64,000 nucleotides of DNA, from NCBI GenBank assembly GCA_012295275.1, contig CM022665.1, positions 124,001 to 188,000 of the forward strand. Direction: 5' to 3'. The first letter of the stretch is position 1. Each line of letters starts with the position of its first letter. The position numbers and the translations under genes were made by a program. The notes below the pieces were generated by a model. The model made no database searches and was not told where the DNA came from. It worked only from the letters and a program-made list of their open reading frames with translations. Shown one piece after another: positions 14,501-28,006 of this stretch. This DNA is from Chrysomallon squamiferum (Eukaryota; Animalia; Mollusca).

Positions 14501-16657
14501 GGTGATAATGAGATACTTTAGTACTTACAAAAAACAGTTGTTTTCTCTGTTATCTGAATATAATGAAATATGTTAGTAAATATTTCAAACACTGGTCATG
14601 TTATTAAACTCTTTTCACTAAATTAAATCGAATGTCTAAATTAAATCGTTATTAACTGTGAAAATTTACACAGTGTAAACAAGGAAGTAATGTTAAAATC
14701 AGTTTCATACATTTAAAAAATACAAATATATCTACAGACATACATGCATATTTACAGACATAAATTACTAGATAGAGAAAACTGTTATTAAAATGTTCAT
14801 AAACTTCTAAAAATTCCAGATCAAATTATTTCTGTAAAGAACACTCAAGTTCATCGGTGAATTAAAAACTGACAACAAAATGTTTATGGATGGTCACTAC
14901 GTCGTAACGATATAAATAAACTTAGCAAACCATTGAACTGCTCATAATCTTAGCCACAGATCTTTTCATTTTTTATTTGTTTGCTTGTTTAAATATTTCA
15001 TTTCATTTATAAAATGCATTTTTTTTCTTGTAGTAAAAGTAAACAAAATATTACTAGGTACATTGTTTACACGACAAACTTTCCCATATAACAACTTCCT
15101 ATGCCTTATGCCTTAATAAGACCAACTAAGATTTGAATAAACAATTTCTAAATATTGTTATTTTTAAATTAGTTCCATTTTATTACTTTAACTTACTTTT
15201 CATAAATCTAGAAATATTTTCTGATAGACAGATACAAACAATTATAATATTTTCATGTACTCAGTAGACTAAAATAATAATATTAAAATATATTTCTTTC
15301 ACTACTGTACAAATACACTAATATTTATTAATATTAGAGTATACTATTTTTTTTATTTTTTTTGAATATTCTTGTTATTAAACAGCAGTCAATTTGGAAT
15401 CTTTGGATTTTCCTATATATTATACATAAAACCAACTCTGACAGAAATAAAACTGATCTAAATGGTGGCACATAATCAAAACTGATTCTGTATAATATTC
15501 TGAATATACAGAGTCGACTTGCAAAACTGTAAACTTTTCATTTTGTGTCTAACAGTAACTTTTGTTATCGCCCTGTGAAAACTGGTGAAAAGCTTTCCTC
15601 ATAAATAAATAAAGATATCAGTAGAATTTCGACATATTCGTAGGTATATTTTATTTTATTTTATTTTTGTTTGTTTATTTGTTTTTACATTTTATTCTTA
15701 ACTGATTTGTCTTGTATATTTTACTGTATATAATAATAATAATAGTATTAGTAGTAAAAATAAATTAAAAAATGTCCAAATGTTATTGTTTTTTGACATT
15801 TTGAAATGAAATATTGTCAGGAATAGTAGATCTTCAATTCGAAAAATAGAGCTTTCAGTTTCACGAAGGAGAGAAAGATAAAACAAATACTTTATAATGT
15901 TAGCAACGTAAATCTAATAATTTTAAATATTTGTCTTAACACTTACTTACTCTGTACACGTCTAACAGTTATTTAGAACCATATTCAAGAAGTGGGAGAC
16001 ACAAATCTTTGTGACCTTCTCGTTGTCGCTCGTAACAAATACAAAAGAAAGTCGTTTTTCTCTGTTACATGAATATAGTAAAACAGGATAAAACGTAACC
16101 ATTATTTAAAATACTAGTTTTATTATTAAACCTTTCTTAAAACTAAATCCAAGGTCTATGCATGTTTCACATGAGCCAATGAATTTAATAAAATCGACGA
16201 GAAAAGCTTCGTTATTAGCTGTGAAAATGTTAACAATGTTAAACAAAAAAGTAAAGTTATAAACTGAATAATAATAATAATAATAATAATATGCAAAAAA
16301 GGCTGTGCAGTCATGTCGGGATTCTTACGAAGGTGTGCTTTTATTTTAAACTTGATGATCACAAATAACAGTTTTGACAGTGGTTCACAATAGTGTCACA
16401 ACCTATCACAGATTCCTTTTGTGTCAGGATTAAAGTTTGATCAAACTTTTGACCTGTACGTACTAACGGCGCACTGACACAGCTATTATGTCGGCTTGCT
16501 TTTATCGGCGTGTTTTTGTAGGTGTGCCTTTTACTGCATTTTTAACCTTGTCACAAATAACAGAGGTTTCAGTTTCACAAAAGAAAAGAAGTACACGGAA
16601 ATATTTTATAAAGTTAACAACGTAAAACTAATAATTTTAGACATGTATTTTTGATAT

Positions 16658-16795
16658 TGTGTGTGTGTGTGTGTGTGTGCGTGTGTGTGTCTGTGTGTGG
16701 GCGTGTGTGTGTTTGTGTGTGTCTGTGTGTGTGCGTGTGTGTGTGTGTGTGTGTGCGTGTGTGTGTCTGTGTGTGTGCGTGTGTGTGTCTGTGTT
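16658..16795. repeat. (GT)n compound microsatellite
   Basis: Direct reading. Confidence 0.95.
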
Positions 16796-17126
16796 TGTTT
16801 TATAATAATATGCATACTTTGCTTCACCTAACTTTTGAAACAAATGGTTTGTAGAATTTCATAAAAATAACTTTTACATCGTTGTATGAATTTAACAATA
16901 ATAACTGCAATAACATCAACAACAATAACAGTAATAATAACAATAATAATAACAGTAATGGCAGCATCAATAATATAACAGTAACTACAACACAATAATA
17001 ATAATAATAATAACGAAAACAATAGTAAACAAAATTATAGCATAAGAAAAAAGAAGAAGACGAAGAAAGGAAAACTAACTAACGAGATAAATAAATCAAG
17101 TACAATGAAATAAATCTACAATATAC

Positions 17127-17345
17127 CTACAGTTGCACATTCTGTGTTTCTTGTTGTTTCACTTAGAACGCAACTCCGTACTTCAGATTTGTGAATAAAT
17201 AAGATTTTTGTAAATTTTAATTCTGATGACACGAACTCATTTAAAATATCATTTTCTGGGACGTAAAATTCTTCAAAATTTCTATCTGCAAATTTGTTTG
17301 TGATATTCCGATATTGGGCGATGTGTCTAATGTTTTTTGGTAAAC
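17127..17345 (-). CDS. Orphan 219-nt phase 1-1 exon paralogous to the IAP linker exons
   Basis: gtgtag| (G)LPKNIRHIAQYRNITNKFADRNFEEFYVPENDILNEFVSSELKFTKILFIHKSEVRSCVLSETTRNTECATV |gtatat; 72 open codons; 3' end resembles SEEKSGTFSETRNTEHGTE. Confidence 0.55.
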
Positions 17346-18094
17346 CTACACTTTTCTAATAACGTAACGTGACATCTTCTATTTTCATTAAGATCAGTAT
17401 CTCTGTCATAGAAGTTTAATATGTTAAAACGTAATTATTATTTCAAATACTGGTCAAGTTATTAAACTCTGTAACTAAATCCAATGTCTAAGTATGTTTT
17501 ACATGACTCACTGAATCCAACAAAATGGACGAGAAAAATTTAGTTAATAGCTGAGAAATTTTATACAACGTAAACAAGGAAGTAATGTTAAATTAGTGTC
17601 ATACATTTAAAAAATATAAATATATCTGCAGAGATAAATGTATATTTATAGACATAAATAACTAGATAGAGAAAACTGTTAATATTTTTTTTGTAAACTT
17701 ACTTAAATTCCTAGTAACACTGTTTCTATAAAGAACAGCTCAAACTCTTCGATATATTGAAAACAGAAAATAAAACGTATACGGGCTGTTTCGACCTCGT
17801 AATGATTACGTGTCTGAATTTACGTGTACAAAATCAACTTGGTAACATTCCAGAACTCTAACTGCTGTTTAGAATAATCTCATAACTTAGGCTACAACCA
17901 TTTTTCATTTTATTACTTTTTTATTTATTTATTTATGTGTTTTTTTGAAAACATTCTATTTTGTTCTAGTAAAAGTTGACTAAATATTATTCATCAGAAA
18001 AATTTGATACTCTAGACAACAAACATTTATTTTATTTTATTTCTTTGTTTATATATTTCATTTCATTATTTATTTAAGTATTTTATTTATTAAC

Positions 18095-18133
<39 letters not shown>

Positions 18134-19727
18134 TTCTACTTAACTAAATATTAATCGTACTACAACCAGCTTTATTGTTTAAATGGTGAACTTTTTTTGC
18201 CTTAATGAATTTTTTTATTATAATATTACTTATATTTGTATTACTTTAACTTTCTCTTCATAAATGTAGAAAGGTTTTCTGACAGACAAATATAAATATT
18301 TGTGATATTTTCATGTATTTCATACTCAGAGGACTAATTTGACACGTACAAAATATAATAATATGTTACTTTCATTACAGTAAATACACTTATCTTTACT
18401 TATATTACAGAATTGCAGTTTCTTTTCTTTAAATACACTTGCTATTCAACAGCGATTAAATCTTCGGATTTTCTTATATGTTATACATAATGCCAACCGC
18501 GACAGGAATAAAACTGATCTAAATGGTAGAACAATAACAAGAACAGATTATGTATGATAGTCTGAATATATAGAGCCCAGTTGCAAAGCATTAAACTGTT
18601 TGTATTGTGTCCCATCAATAAAATATACATAAAATGTACATGTCTATACATTATAATAAACCATTACATATATAATTCTAATAATTTAAATTTCTCGTAT
18701 AAGTATGTACTATGTTCTCGAACGTTACAGGAAATATTTTCGTCATAAATGAAAGTTTCGGTTTCAGAAACGAAAGAAATAACACGGAAATATTTTATAA
18801 AGTTAGCAACATAAATCTAATAATATTAAATATTTATTTTAGCATTTACGCTATAAACAAATGATATTCAAAAGTCTAGGGACAGAAACGGGTCAACATT
18901 TATGACCTTTGGGTGCCGTGTGTAACAAATTATCTGAATATAATAATATATGTTAAAACCTAATTATTATTTCAAACACAGGTCATTTTATTAAATCCAA
19001 GGTCTACGTGCCTATTACCTATACAATCGAATGTTTTACGTCACTCATTGAATCGAATAAAATCGACGAGAAAAGCTTCGTTATTAGCTGTGAACATTTA
19101 CACAACATAAAAAATCAGTTTCATACATTTCCAAAAAACATAAATCTATCTACCGAAATAAATATATATTTACAGGCATAAATTACTAGATACAGAAAAC
19201 AGTTGTTAAAATATTTATAAACTTTTTTAAATTCCTAGTAACATTGTTTCTGTAAAGAACAGCTCAAACTCTTCGATATATTAAAACATACACAACACAA
19301 TGTATACGGGTTTTCTCGACCTCGTAACGATCACGTTCTCAAACTACGTGTACAAAAGTGATATAAATAAACTTGTTAACATTCCAGATATCTAACTGCT
19401 ATTGAGAATAATCTCATAACTTACTAGGTACATAAAACCGTTATTAAATTTTTTGTAAACTTACCTAAATTCCGAATCAAATTATTTCCGTAAAGAACAG
19501 CTCAGACACATCGATGAGTTAGATGGGTCGTTTCTATGTGTGTGGGACGTTTCTATGTCGTAACGACCACGTGACTGAAATTACGTGTACAAAGTGATAT
19601 AAATAAACTTGGCGACTTTGAACCGCTAATAAGAAAAATATCATAATCGAGTTAACAAACATTATTTAATTTAATTTAACTTAACTTAACTTAACTTAAC
19701 TTAACTTAACTTCAATTATTCATTCAC

Positions 19728-19758
<31 letters not shown>

Positions 19759-22700
19759 GTTTTTGATTAATTTGTTTCCATGTTTATTGATTTATTTATA
19801 ATCTGTTGAAGACATTGTATTTTATTCTAGTAAAAGTTAACTAAATTTTATTCATATTACAACTAGGTATATTGTTTACACTGCAAACGTTCTCTTATAG
19901 TAACTTCCTTTGTCTTATGTCTTATTAAGACCAACTCAGTTTGTTTTATTTGAATACTCTTGCTATTAAACAGCGGTCAATTTGGAACGTTTGGATTTTC
20001 CTGTACATTGTCCACAAAACCAACTCTGACATAAATAGAACTGATCTAACTGGTAGCACACTGACAATAACTGACTCTGTATAATATTCTAATACACAGA
20101 GCCGACTTCCAAACCAGTAAACTCTTTATATTGTGTCTGACAGCACCTTTTGTTACCGCACTATGAAAACTGGTGTAAAGTTTCAACGATACCCTCTGAT
20201 AAAGAAATAAAAGAAAAGACATATTTAAATTGTAAGATATCAGAAGAATTTGACGATTTTCTCGAATGCATCATGATCTAAATGTTATCACAACAACAAC
20301 GACAGATTCTGCATAATATTCTGAATAAACAGAGTGCAACTGCAAAACTGTTAAGTGTTCATACAGTGTCTAACAGCAACTTTTCACACCGCCAAGCAGA
20401 AAAAATATCATAATAAAAAGACTTAGAAATGTTTATTCAAATCTGAGTACATTTTATTCACGCATATAGGAAAATAATATACAAAAACGTTTGTCATGTA
20501 CATGAAGTACTTAGTTGTTATTTAAATAAAAAATATGCATATTTTAGTAGAAGAAATATAATTCATATAAATAAACAAAACTAAATAAAATAACTAATTA
20601 AATCAAATTTAATTAAAGAATCAAATAAAACACGTATTTTATATAATATATTTATAAAAAAAAACACTAATAAATAAAATAAAATAAACGTACAAATTAC
20701 CCAATGTTTTCTACATTTTTAACTTAAATCTTGTCAGGCATATTAGAGGTTTCTGTATTACAAAAAATAAATAAATATTTTATAATATTAGTAACAAAAA
20801 GGTAATAATTTTAAATATTTGTCTTAACACTTACTCTGTACACTCCTAACTATTATTTAAAAAAATGCTCAAGAAGTGGACGACACAAACGGGTCAATAT
20901 TTATGACCTTTTCGTTGTCGCTCCTAAGAAATACAAAAGAATTTCGTTTTCTGTATTATCTGAAGATAATTAAAATTTAATGTGTTAAAATACTGGTCTT
21001 GTTTTAAACTTTTTGTTATTATTATTAGTTTTTAACTAAATCCAAGATCAACGCATGTTTTACGTCAGTCATTGAATCGAATAAAATCGCCTAGAAAAGC
21101 TTCATTATTAGCTGTGAAAATTTACACAACGTAAAACAAGGAAGTAAAGTTAAAATCGGTTTCATATGTTTTAAAAAATATTATATATACAGACATGAAT
21201 ACTGGATAGAGAAAACTGTTATTTAATCATCTCTAAACTTATCTAAATTCCTAATAACATTATTTCTATAAAGAACAACTCAAACACATTGATATATTAA
21301 AAAAAAAAAAAAAAACAAAACTTACGTTTCCGAAGTGTCTTTCAGTAATCGATAACGACTGTCTCGAAGGTCTGTTTATTAATATCACTTACGTGACTAC
21401 GACTACACTGTATTAACTACAAGTCCAAACCAATGATGACACGCACTGCGCATGTCCTTGTCTAATAGGGCTGTGTTAGTTTATCAATACAGTTCTGATT
21501 AATAATGTCTGAGATCCTTTCGTCTTTTGTGAACAATACAAGTTTCGGTTTCAGAAAAGAAAGAAAAGACACGGAAATATTTTATAATGTTAGCAACATA
21601 AATCTTATAATTTTAAATATTTATTCTAGCACTTTGTCTATAAACTCCTAACTATTATCAAAAACGATATTCAAATAATCTAGGGACAGAAATCGGTCTT
21701 GCGACCGTCTGGTTGTCGTTTGTAACAAATACAAAACAATGTAGTTTTCTCTACTATCTGAATATAATAAAATGTGTTAAAACGCAATTATTATTTCAAA
21801 GACTGATCATGTTATTAAAGTCTTTAGCTAAATTCAAAGTCTACGTGTTTTTTACGTGAATGTTTCAGTCGAATAAAATCGACGAGCGAAATTTTCGTTA
21901 TTAGCTGTGAAAACTTACACAGTGTAAACAACGAAGTAATGTTGAAAATCAGTCATACATTTAAAAAGTATAAATATATCTATAGACATACATGTATATT
22001 TACAGACATAAATTACTAGATATACAAAACTGTTATTAAAATGTTTATCAACTTACCTAAATTCTTAATCACGTTATTTCTCTAAAGAACGGCTCGAACA
22101 CATAGATATATTAACAACAGACAACAAAACGTATCTGGGTAGACATTAGGTCGTAACGATCACGTGACTCAACTTACGCGTACAAAGAAACATAAACATG
22201 GCGACTTTTCATTGAACCGCTCCTGAGGAAAAATCTCATAATCTAGGGAGCAAATATTATCTTATTTATTTATTTATTTATTTATTTATATTTTGCTGAA
22301 TACATCATATTTTATTCTAGTACAAGTTAACTAAATATTAATAGTATCACAAATAGGTATACTGTTTACATCATAAACGATCTAGTGCCTTAATAAGACG
22401 AACCCAGATTTAAAAAATAAAGAAAAAAAGATTTTCTAAATGTTGTTATTATAATATAATTCCATTTTTATTACTTTAACTCACTCTTGATAAATCTAGA
22501 AAGATTTTCTGAGACACAAATATAGATATTTGTAATATTTTCATGTACATTATACTCAATGGATTAAAAAATAACGATGTTAAAAAATATCATATATTTT
22601 CATTAGAGTAAGATTACATTGAACTTTATTTCTATTACAGCTTTCTATTTCATTTTCTTTGAATACTCTTCGTTTTAATGTTTGGATTTTCTTGAACACT

Positions 22701-23969
22701 GTCCATAAAACCAACTCTGACACGAATAAAACTGATCTAAATGGTAGCACAATAACTGATTCTGCTTAATATTCTCAATTAACAGCGTCCACTTGATTAG
22801 ACTCTGAACTGTTTGTGTTGTGTTACCTGCACTTAGAAAAATAACACAGGTTTCTTATAAAAAGAAAGAAAAAAATATGAGAAAAGTTTCATAACTTAGG
22901 CGCAAACATTATTTATTTATTTATATTGTGTTTTTTTCTTTTTCTCAAATACAGAAAAAGAAAAATGCTCTTATTTACATTATTAACATTTCTAAATTGA
23001 CTTTTGATTGAAAACTTCATTTCATCTAAATTTTCTAAGTTACAGACTGGTACCGCGTACAGACTCATTATTTTTTTTTTTATTGTTTTCTTTTTTCCTT
23101 TTACTTATTTAACAAAAAATTAATAATAATAAGTTATTAAATTTCCACTCGCCTTAACCTTTTTTAAATTGACTTAAGTTTAAATTTAGAAGGATAACCG
23201 AGAGGATCAAGTGATAAATATTTTCTGTTACTCTTTTTGTACATCAGATAATAAGTCTAGTATAGCTTTTTTAAAAGTTCTTTTTTATTGTTACTGTTAT
23301 TCCTTTTTCTTTTCTTCTTCTTCCTTTTTTATTTTTTATTTTATTTTAGAAGATTAGAATACACTTTTCTAAATAGATCTTTTAATTTTTTGTTGTGATT
23401 TGAGATGGTTTATAGGAAAGTAAATTTGTATAGCTAGTATCAAATTAAAATCGTCACATATCATACATTATTTTGTTGAATTGTTCAGTATTGTCTAAAA
23501 TATGTAAAAAGAAAGTTTGTTTAAATTAGAACTACATATATTCGCAATCGTATTCTGTCCTTATTATATGTATTTCAATTTTAACTTGTTTTAAAAACAT
23601 TGGTTAATTATTTTTCATTTCGACATTTCCTCCAACGAAAGAAATTTAAAAAGGAAGACGAAGAACATAAAATAAATACGTTTCTTGTCCAAGTAATAAT
23701 AATAATAATAATAATAAATCAAAAGAGTAAATAAAAAAAAAAAAAATAAAGTAATTAATACGAAACATTTTTAGGGCAGCAAGGAAGTAAAAAAAAAATA
23801 TAATAAGAAAAACAACAAACAAATTGACTTTTTGGTCAAAGGGCCCGGTTTCCTTTCCTCATAACATTTGCAATGTATAAAATAAACGGTTTTGATTGTA
23901 ATTGTAAAACACTTAAAATAAACAAACAAATATATAAAGCTATCTGGCTTGGTCATATAATTTAGAATA

Positions 23970-24469
23970 TTACATACATACGACATAAACACATACATTG
24001 AAATACATACATAAATACATACATATATACACACTCACACATACATACATAGGTACATATACATGCACATATATACACACGTACGTACATACATTCATAC
24101 ATACAAACACACACACAAAGGCCAAAATATACATACACATACATAAACAGGTACATACATATGTACGTACATTCATACATAGGTACATACATTTGTACGT
24201 GCATTCATACATAGACACACATACATATATACAAACATACATACTCACACACACAAACAAATACATACATATAAATATGTATACATTCACACATAAGCAC
24301 GCATGCACACACGCAAGCTCATACATACATACATACAAACAAAAAATACTCAGTAATGTATGTAAGGTAGCTTGACGGGTGGGGTCCAAAGATCATTTTC
24401 TACTGAACTCCACTGGTATTTCTGAGCTGATTTTATGTAGTTATCTGATCTTAACATGAGAGAAATTCA

Positions 24470-24522
<53 letters not shown>

Positions 24523-24575
24523 TAATAATAATAACAACAACAACAACAACAACAACAAAACAATAATAATAATTA
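23970..24575. repeat. (TACA/CA)n low-complexity tract followed by (AAT)n/(AAC)n
   Basis: Direct reading; explains the overlapping spurious ORFs. Confidence 0.92.
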
Positions 24576-25034
24576 TGGTGGAAATGACATACAAATATAT
24601 CATTCTACTGAACACGACATTTTTATTTTTTCAAAGTAGTTGCCTTTGTTATTGTTCTGAATACACTGCTGTATATATTTATAACCTATTACGTTAAAGT
24701 AGACGTCTACTGATTTGAGAAATATACATTTCAATGGGTCATGAATGCTTTGTACTGTGGGGTCTCGCATGTGAATCTGCATTCATTTCTCATAAATGTT
24801 TGTATGCTGTTAAAGAGGGCCGGTGTTTTAACGGATACTTATATTACTCTATAATTATGTACATCGTAGAGTTACAAGTAATGATTTTACTAGAGTGAAC
24901 GCATGACAATGCAGACCAAAAGCTTTAATAATAAAATATGATAACAGCAAAACATATCCAGGTTATTCGAAGGAAGTTAAATCTTATACAGAAATGTAAA
25001 ACACTACTACTGCTACTACTACTACTACTACCAC

Positions 25035-25086
<52 letters not shown>

Positions 25087-26729
25087 TTAAATAAATAAAT
25101 AAATAAGTACATATCACAATATCCTGATAACAGTAAAGGTATGTTTTAAAATTACATTTTTATACAGCTACAATACTGTACTGACAACGTCACCACCCAC
25201 AACAACAGCAGCAGAGAAATAAGAAACTTTAATTAATTAAATAATAAAAACAAATTAGCATTTTGCTACAGATATTTGAAAGTAATTACATTTGATTAAT
25301 TAAAGGATATTGCTGGCAACATTTTCATTTGTTTTTACTTTTCTAATAGAAGCAACACCAAGTTTTAATACAGAAATCTAAACCAAAAGTTACATTTAGA
25401 ATTATCGGAAATTTTCTATCACGGTGAATGGACGGACAACACTGGATGAAAACTGGTGCAGAATTTTCTTCTGATGACTAGATATCTATTTTTAAAATTG
25501 TATACATTTGCAGACATGTATACATAGGTGTGAACATTTAATGTTTTTCTTAAAACAGTGTGTGTTATGGGTGTATCTCAGTGAATGTGTGTGTATGTTT
25601 GTATGTATGTGTGTGTCACAGGGCCCAGCCATAAGAGGTGTTAACTTTCAAGCGCTAACGACTCTATTAAAATATGACTCGTTTCTTCTCCAGGGTTTGC
25701 GTCTTTTGTGGACCCACTGACTGTGCAATTAAGAAACTGTGACAATTGATTATAATAGATACATGTATTTGCATATACTGCAGATATAAACTATATATAA
25801 TATCAAGTATCTACTATGAACACCAAAACAAAACACAGTATGTATATCACACAGATAATTATTTATTTTACACATGTATACTTATCATTTAGTGGTTGAG
25901 GACGTGGGAGTTGGCGTTAAATGAAATACTGTAATTTTTAATTTTTCTAACAGTAACAGGTTTTGTTAGAAATATTCATAATTCAACTCTCTATGGAGCA
26001 TATACAGGTTACATCAAATTGATCAACAAATCAAACAGAGCATACAGAAACAAGATAACCATTTGTCCTTGCTTCCGACTTAAACAAAGACAACGCAAAA
26101 TATAGTTACCAATATAATTGTCTAATAATGGCCGCCAACTTTTTGTTCTCTGTGGTCTCTTGTGATCTCTGGGCTCTTCTGTCTTTTACTTAAATAAACA
26201 CGTCGCGGACTTCCATGAAGTCAGCAGAACGTAGCTGACACAAATTCCTTTTGCCTCTCGTTAATGATCGTTAATTGTTAGGTGATTTCAGGAACAGGAT
26301 TACTGTTAACCAACAGTAGATATTTAATTAATACACACTGTTAGGAATATTTGCAGAAATGAATGGTTAACAAATTTACTTACTTTAATGATGCATACAG
26401 GTTAATTACGAGATGTTAAAAGTGTATTAAAGTAAGCTATTTAGGTAAATAGTTAATATGTTACCGGCATTTTCAAAAAATTACCCAGAAAACAGTACAT
26501 CTGAATATCGCTGAGAAAACTTTCCACAGCTTGAACGAGGCCCTATTAGGGTGTAGCTAAGGGCCCTACTACATAAGGTTAAAAAAACGGATTACCGTCA
26601 TAGTGCGTGTGTGTGTCTCCGTGTATAGTTAATTTAAAGTAAAATATTTATTAAACAGTTTCAGTTTGTAGTTTTAGTGTCCCGCTATAAATAACAGATT
26701 AAATACTTATTTACAGTGATATGCAGTAT

Positions 26730-26880
26730 ATGTACACACACAATCACAAACACATACACATACACAAAAACACACACACACATACATACACACACATACA
26801 CACACACACACAAACACATACACACACAAACACACACACACATACATACACACACACACACAAAAACACACACACACACA
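26730..26880. repeat. (CA)n microsatellite
   Basis: Direct reading. Confidence 0.95.
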
Positions 26881-27715
26881 TAGAAATATGGTTATATCTG
26901 AATGTTTGTCAGTATGTATATCTTTGTACTATATATATTTTTATATAGACATATATATGTACATATAGGTACATATAGATGAATGTATGAATATCTATAT
27001 ATCTATAATCTATATATATCTATACCTGTATAGCTATTGCTGACATTGAATGATTTGACGTTGAATTCACAAACTGTGTTATTTTTCATATTCATATTCA
27101 GTGTTATCAAAGTCTTGATTTACTGATGGATTGTAGTTCTGATTATTTTCGAATACAAGTTTTGTGCCATCTTCGAAAAGCCCTGTCCTCTCGACATCTT
27201 CCATAGCACTGACCAAAAGTTCACCTGATCAGATGTTGAAGGCACTGTTTCCCCCATAAAATGTATACTGCTGCCACTACGTCTGTTACTACCCCTACTA
27301 CCATTACTACTACTATCACATCTGCTGCTGCAGCTACTTCTACTACTACTGCTGCTGCTGATGCTACTAGAAGGTATTAGTATATAGATCCATGACAAAT
27401 TAGTATTTCCAAGACATTAAGAACAATAGCATGAAATTATATTAAAGCTTATGTATTTCTTCTTGTTATCAGAAGCTGGCTTTAATAAAACAGTCACAAG
27501 TAAATTTACATTATATCGATATCTATATTCATCCTGTAATCACTATAAATAGTGGTAAGATATGATGACTAGATAAATTTCTATTTTCGCTAACTGACTA
27601 ATGATACAGGTTTTTGGAACGGAAATGTATTTGCTTTGATACATTACTTGTTGTACACGAAAACACACACACACACATTCGTTTTCCTTATTATTATTTT
27701 GTTTTTTTTACACTT

Positions 27716-27746
<31 letters not shown>

Positions 27747-27828
27747 CAAACTGGTCACACCACAGTGATTTGATCAGTTTCAACGTTCTCAGTGGTTGTA
27801 TCCAAGCTGTCAATCATTGTTTCCTTTA

Positions 27829-28006
27829 GCTCCGCCTCCTGTGGGTGGCGAGATTTCACGTGACGTTCAAGATCTCGTCTTCTCATGAGAACCTTGCCGC
27901 AGTAAAAACTATTAAACACAGAATGGCAGGATAGATGTACGAGGTTTCCTAACAGAGAATTAAAAAAAACATGACCGCAGGAATGTTACTCAGTACTATG
28001 GTAAAA
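27829..28006 (+). promoter_or_regulatory. Possible promoter (GC box plus E-box/CRE) with a short ATG exon
   Basis: gctccgcctc at 27829-27838, tcacgtgacgt at 27856-27866, ATG at 27971 reading MTAGMLLSTM then GTAAAA; no downstream exon identified. Confidence 0.3.

Larger units (their letters stand above)
1..23390. repeat. Nested tandem/segmental repeat array (about 1 kb diverged subunit, 3.8 kb units, ~11.1 kb duplication)
   Basis: cagaagaatttgacgattttctcgaatgc at 1490, 5269, 9080, 20241; gattacattgaactttatt at 1, 11478, 22612; the subunit anchor cggaaatattttataa...tagcaac recurs more than ten times. Confidence 0.95.

Noticed and set aside
27120-27398. Ser-rich 92-aa minus-strand ORF
   Set aside because: Driven by a (CTA/CTG)n tract; no recognisable domain.
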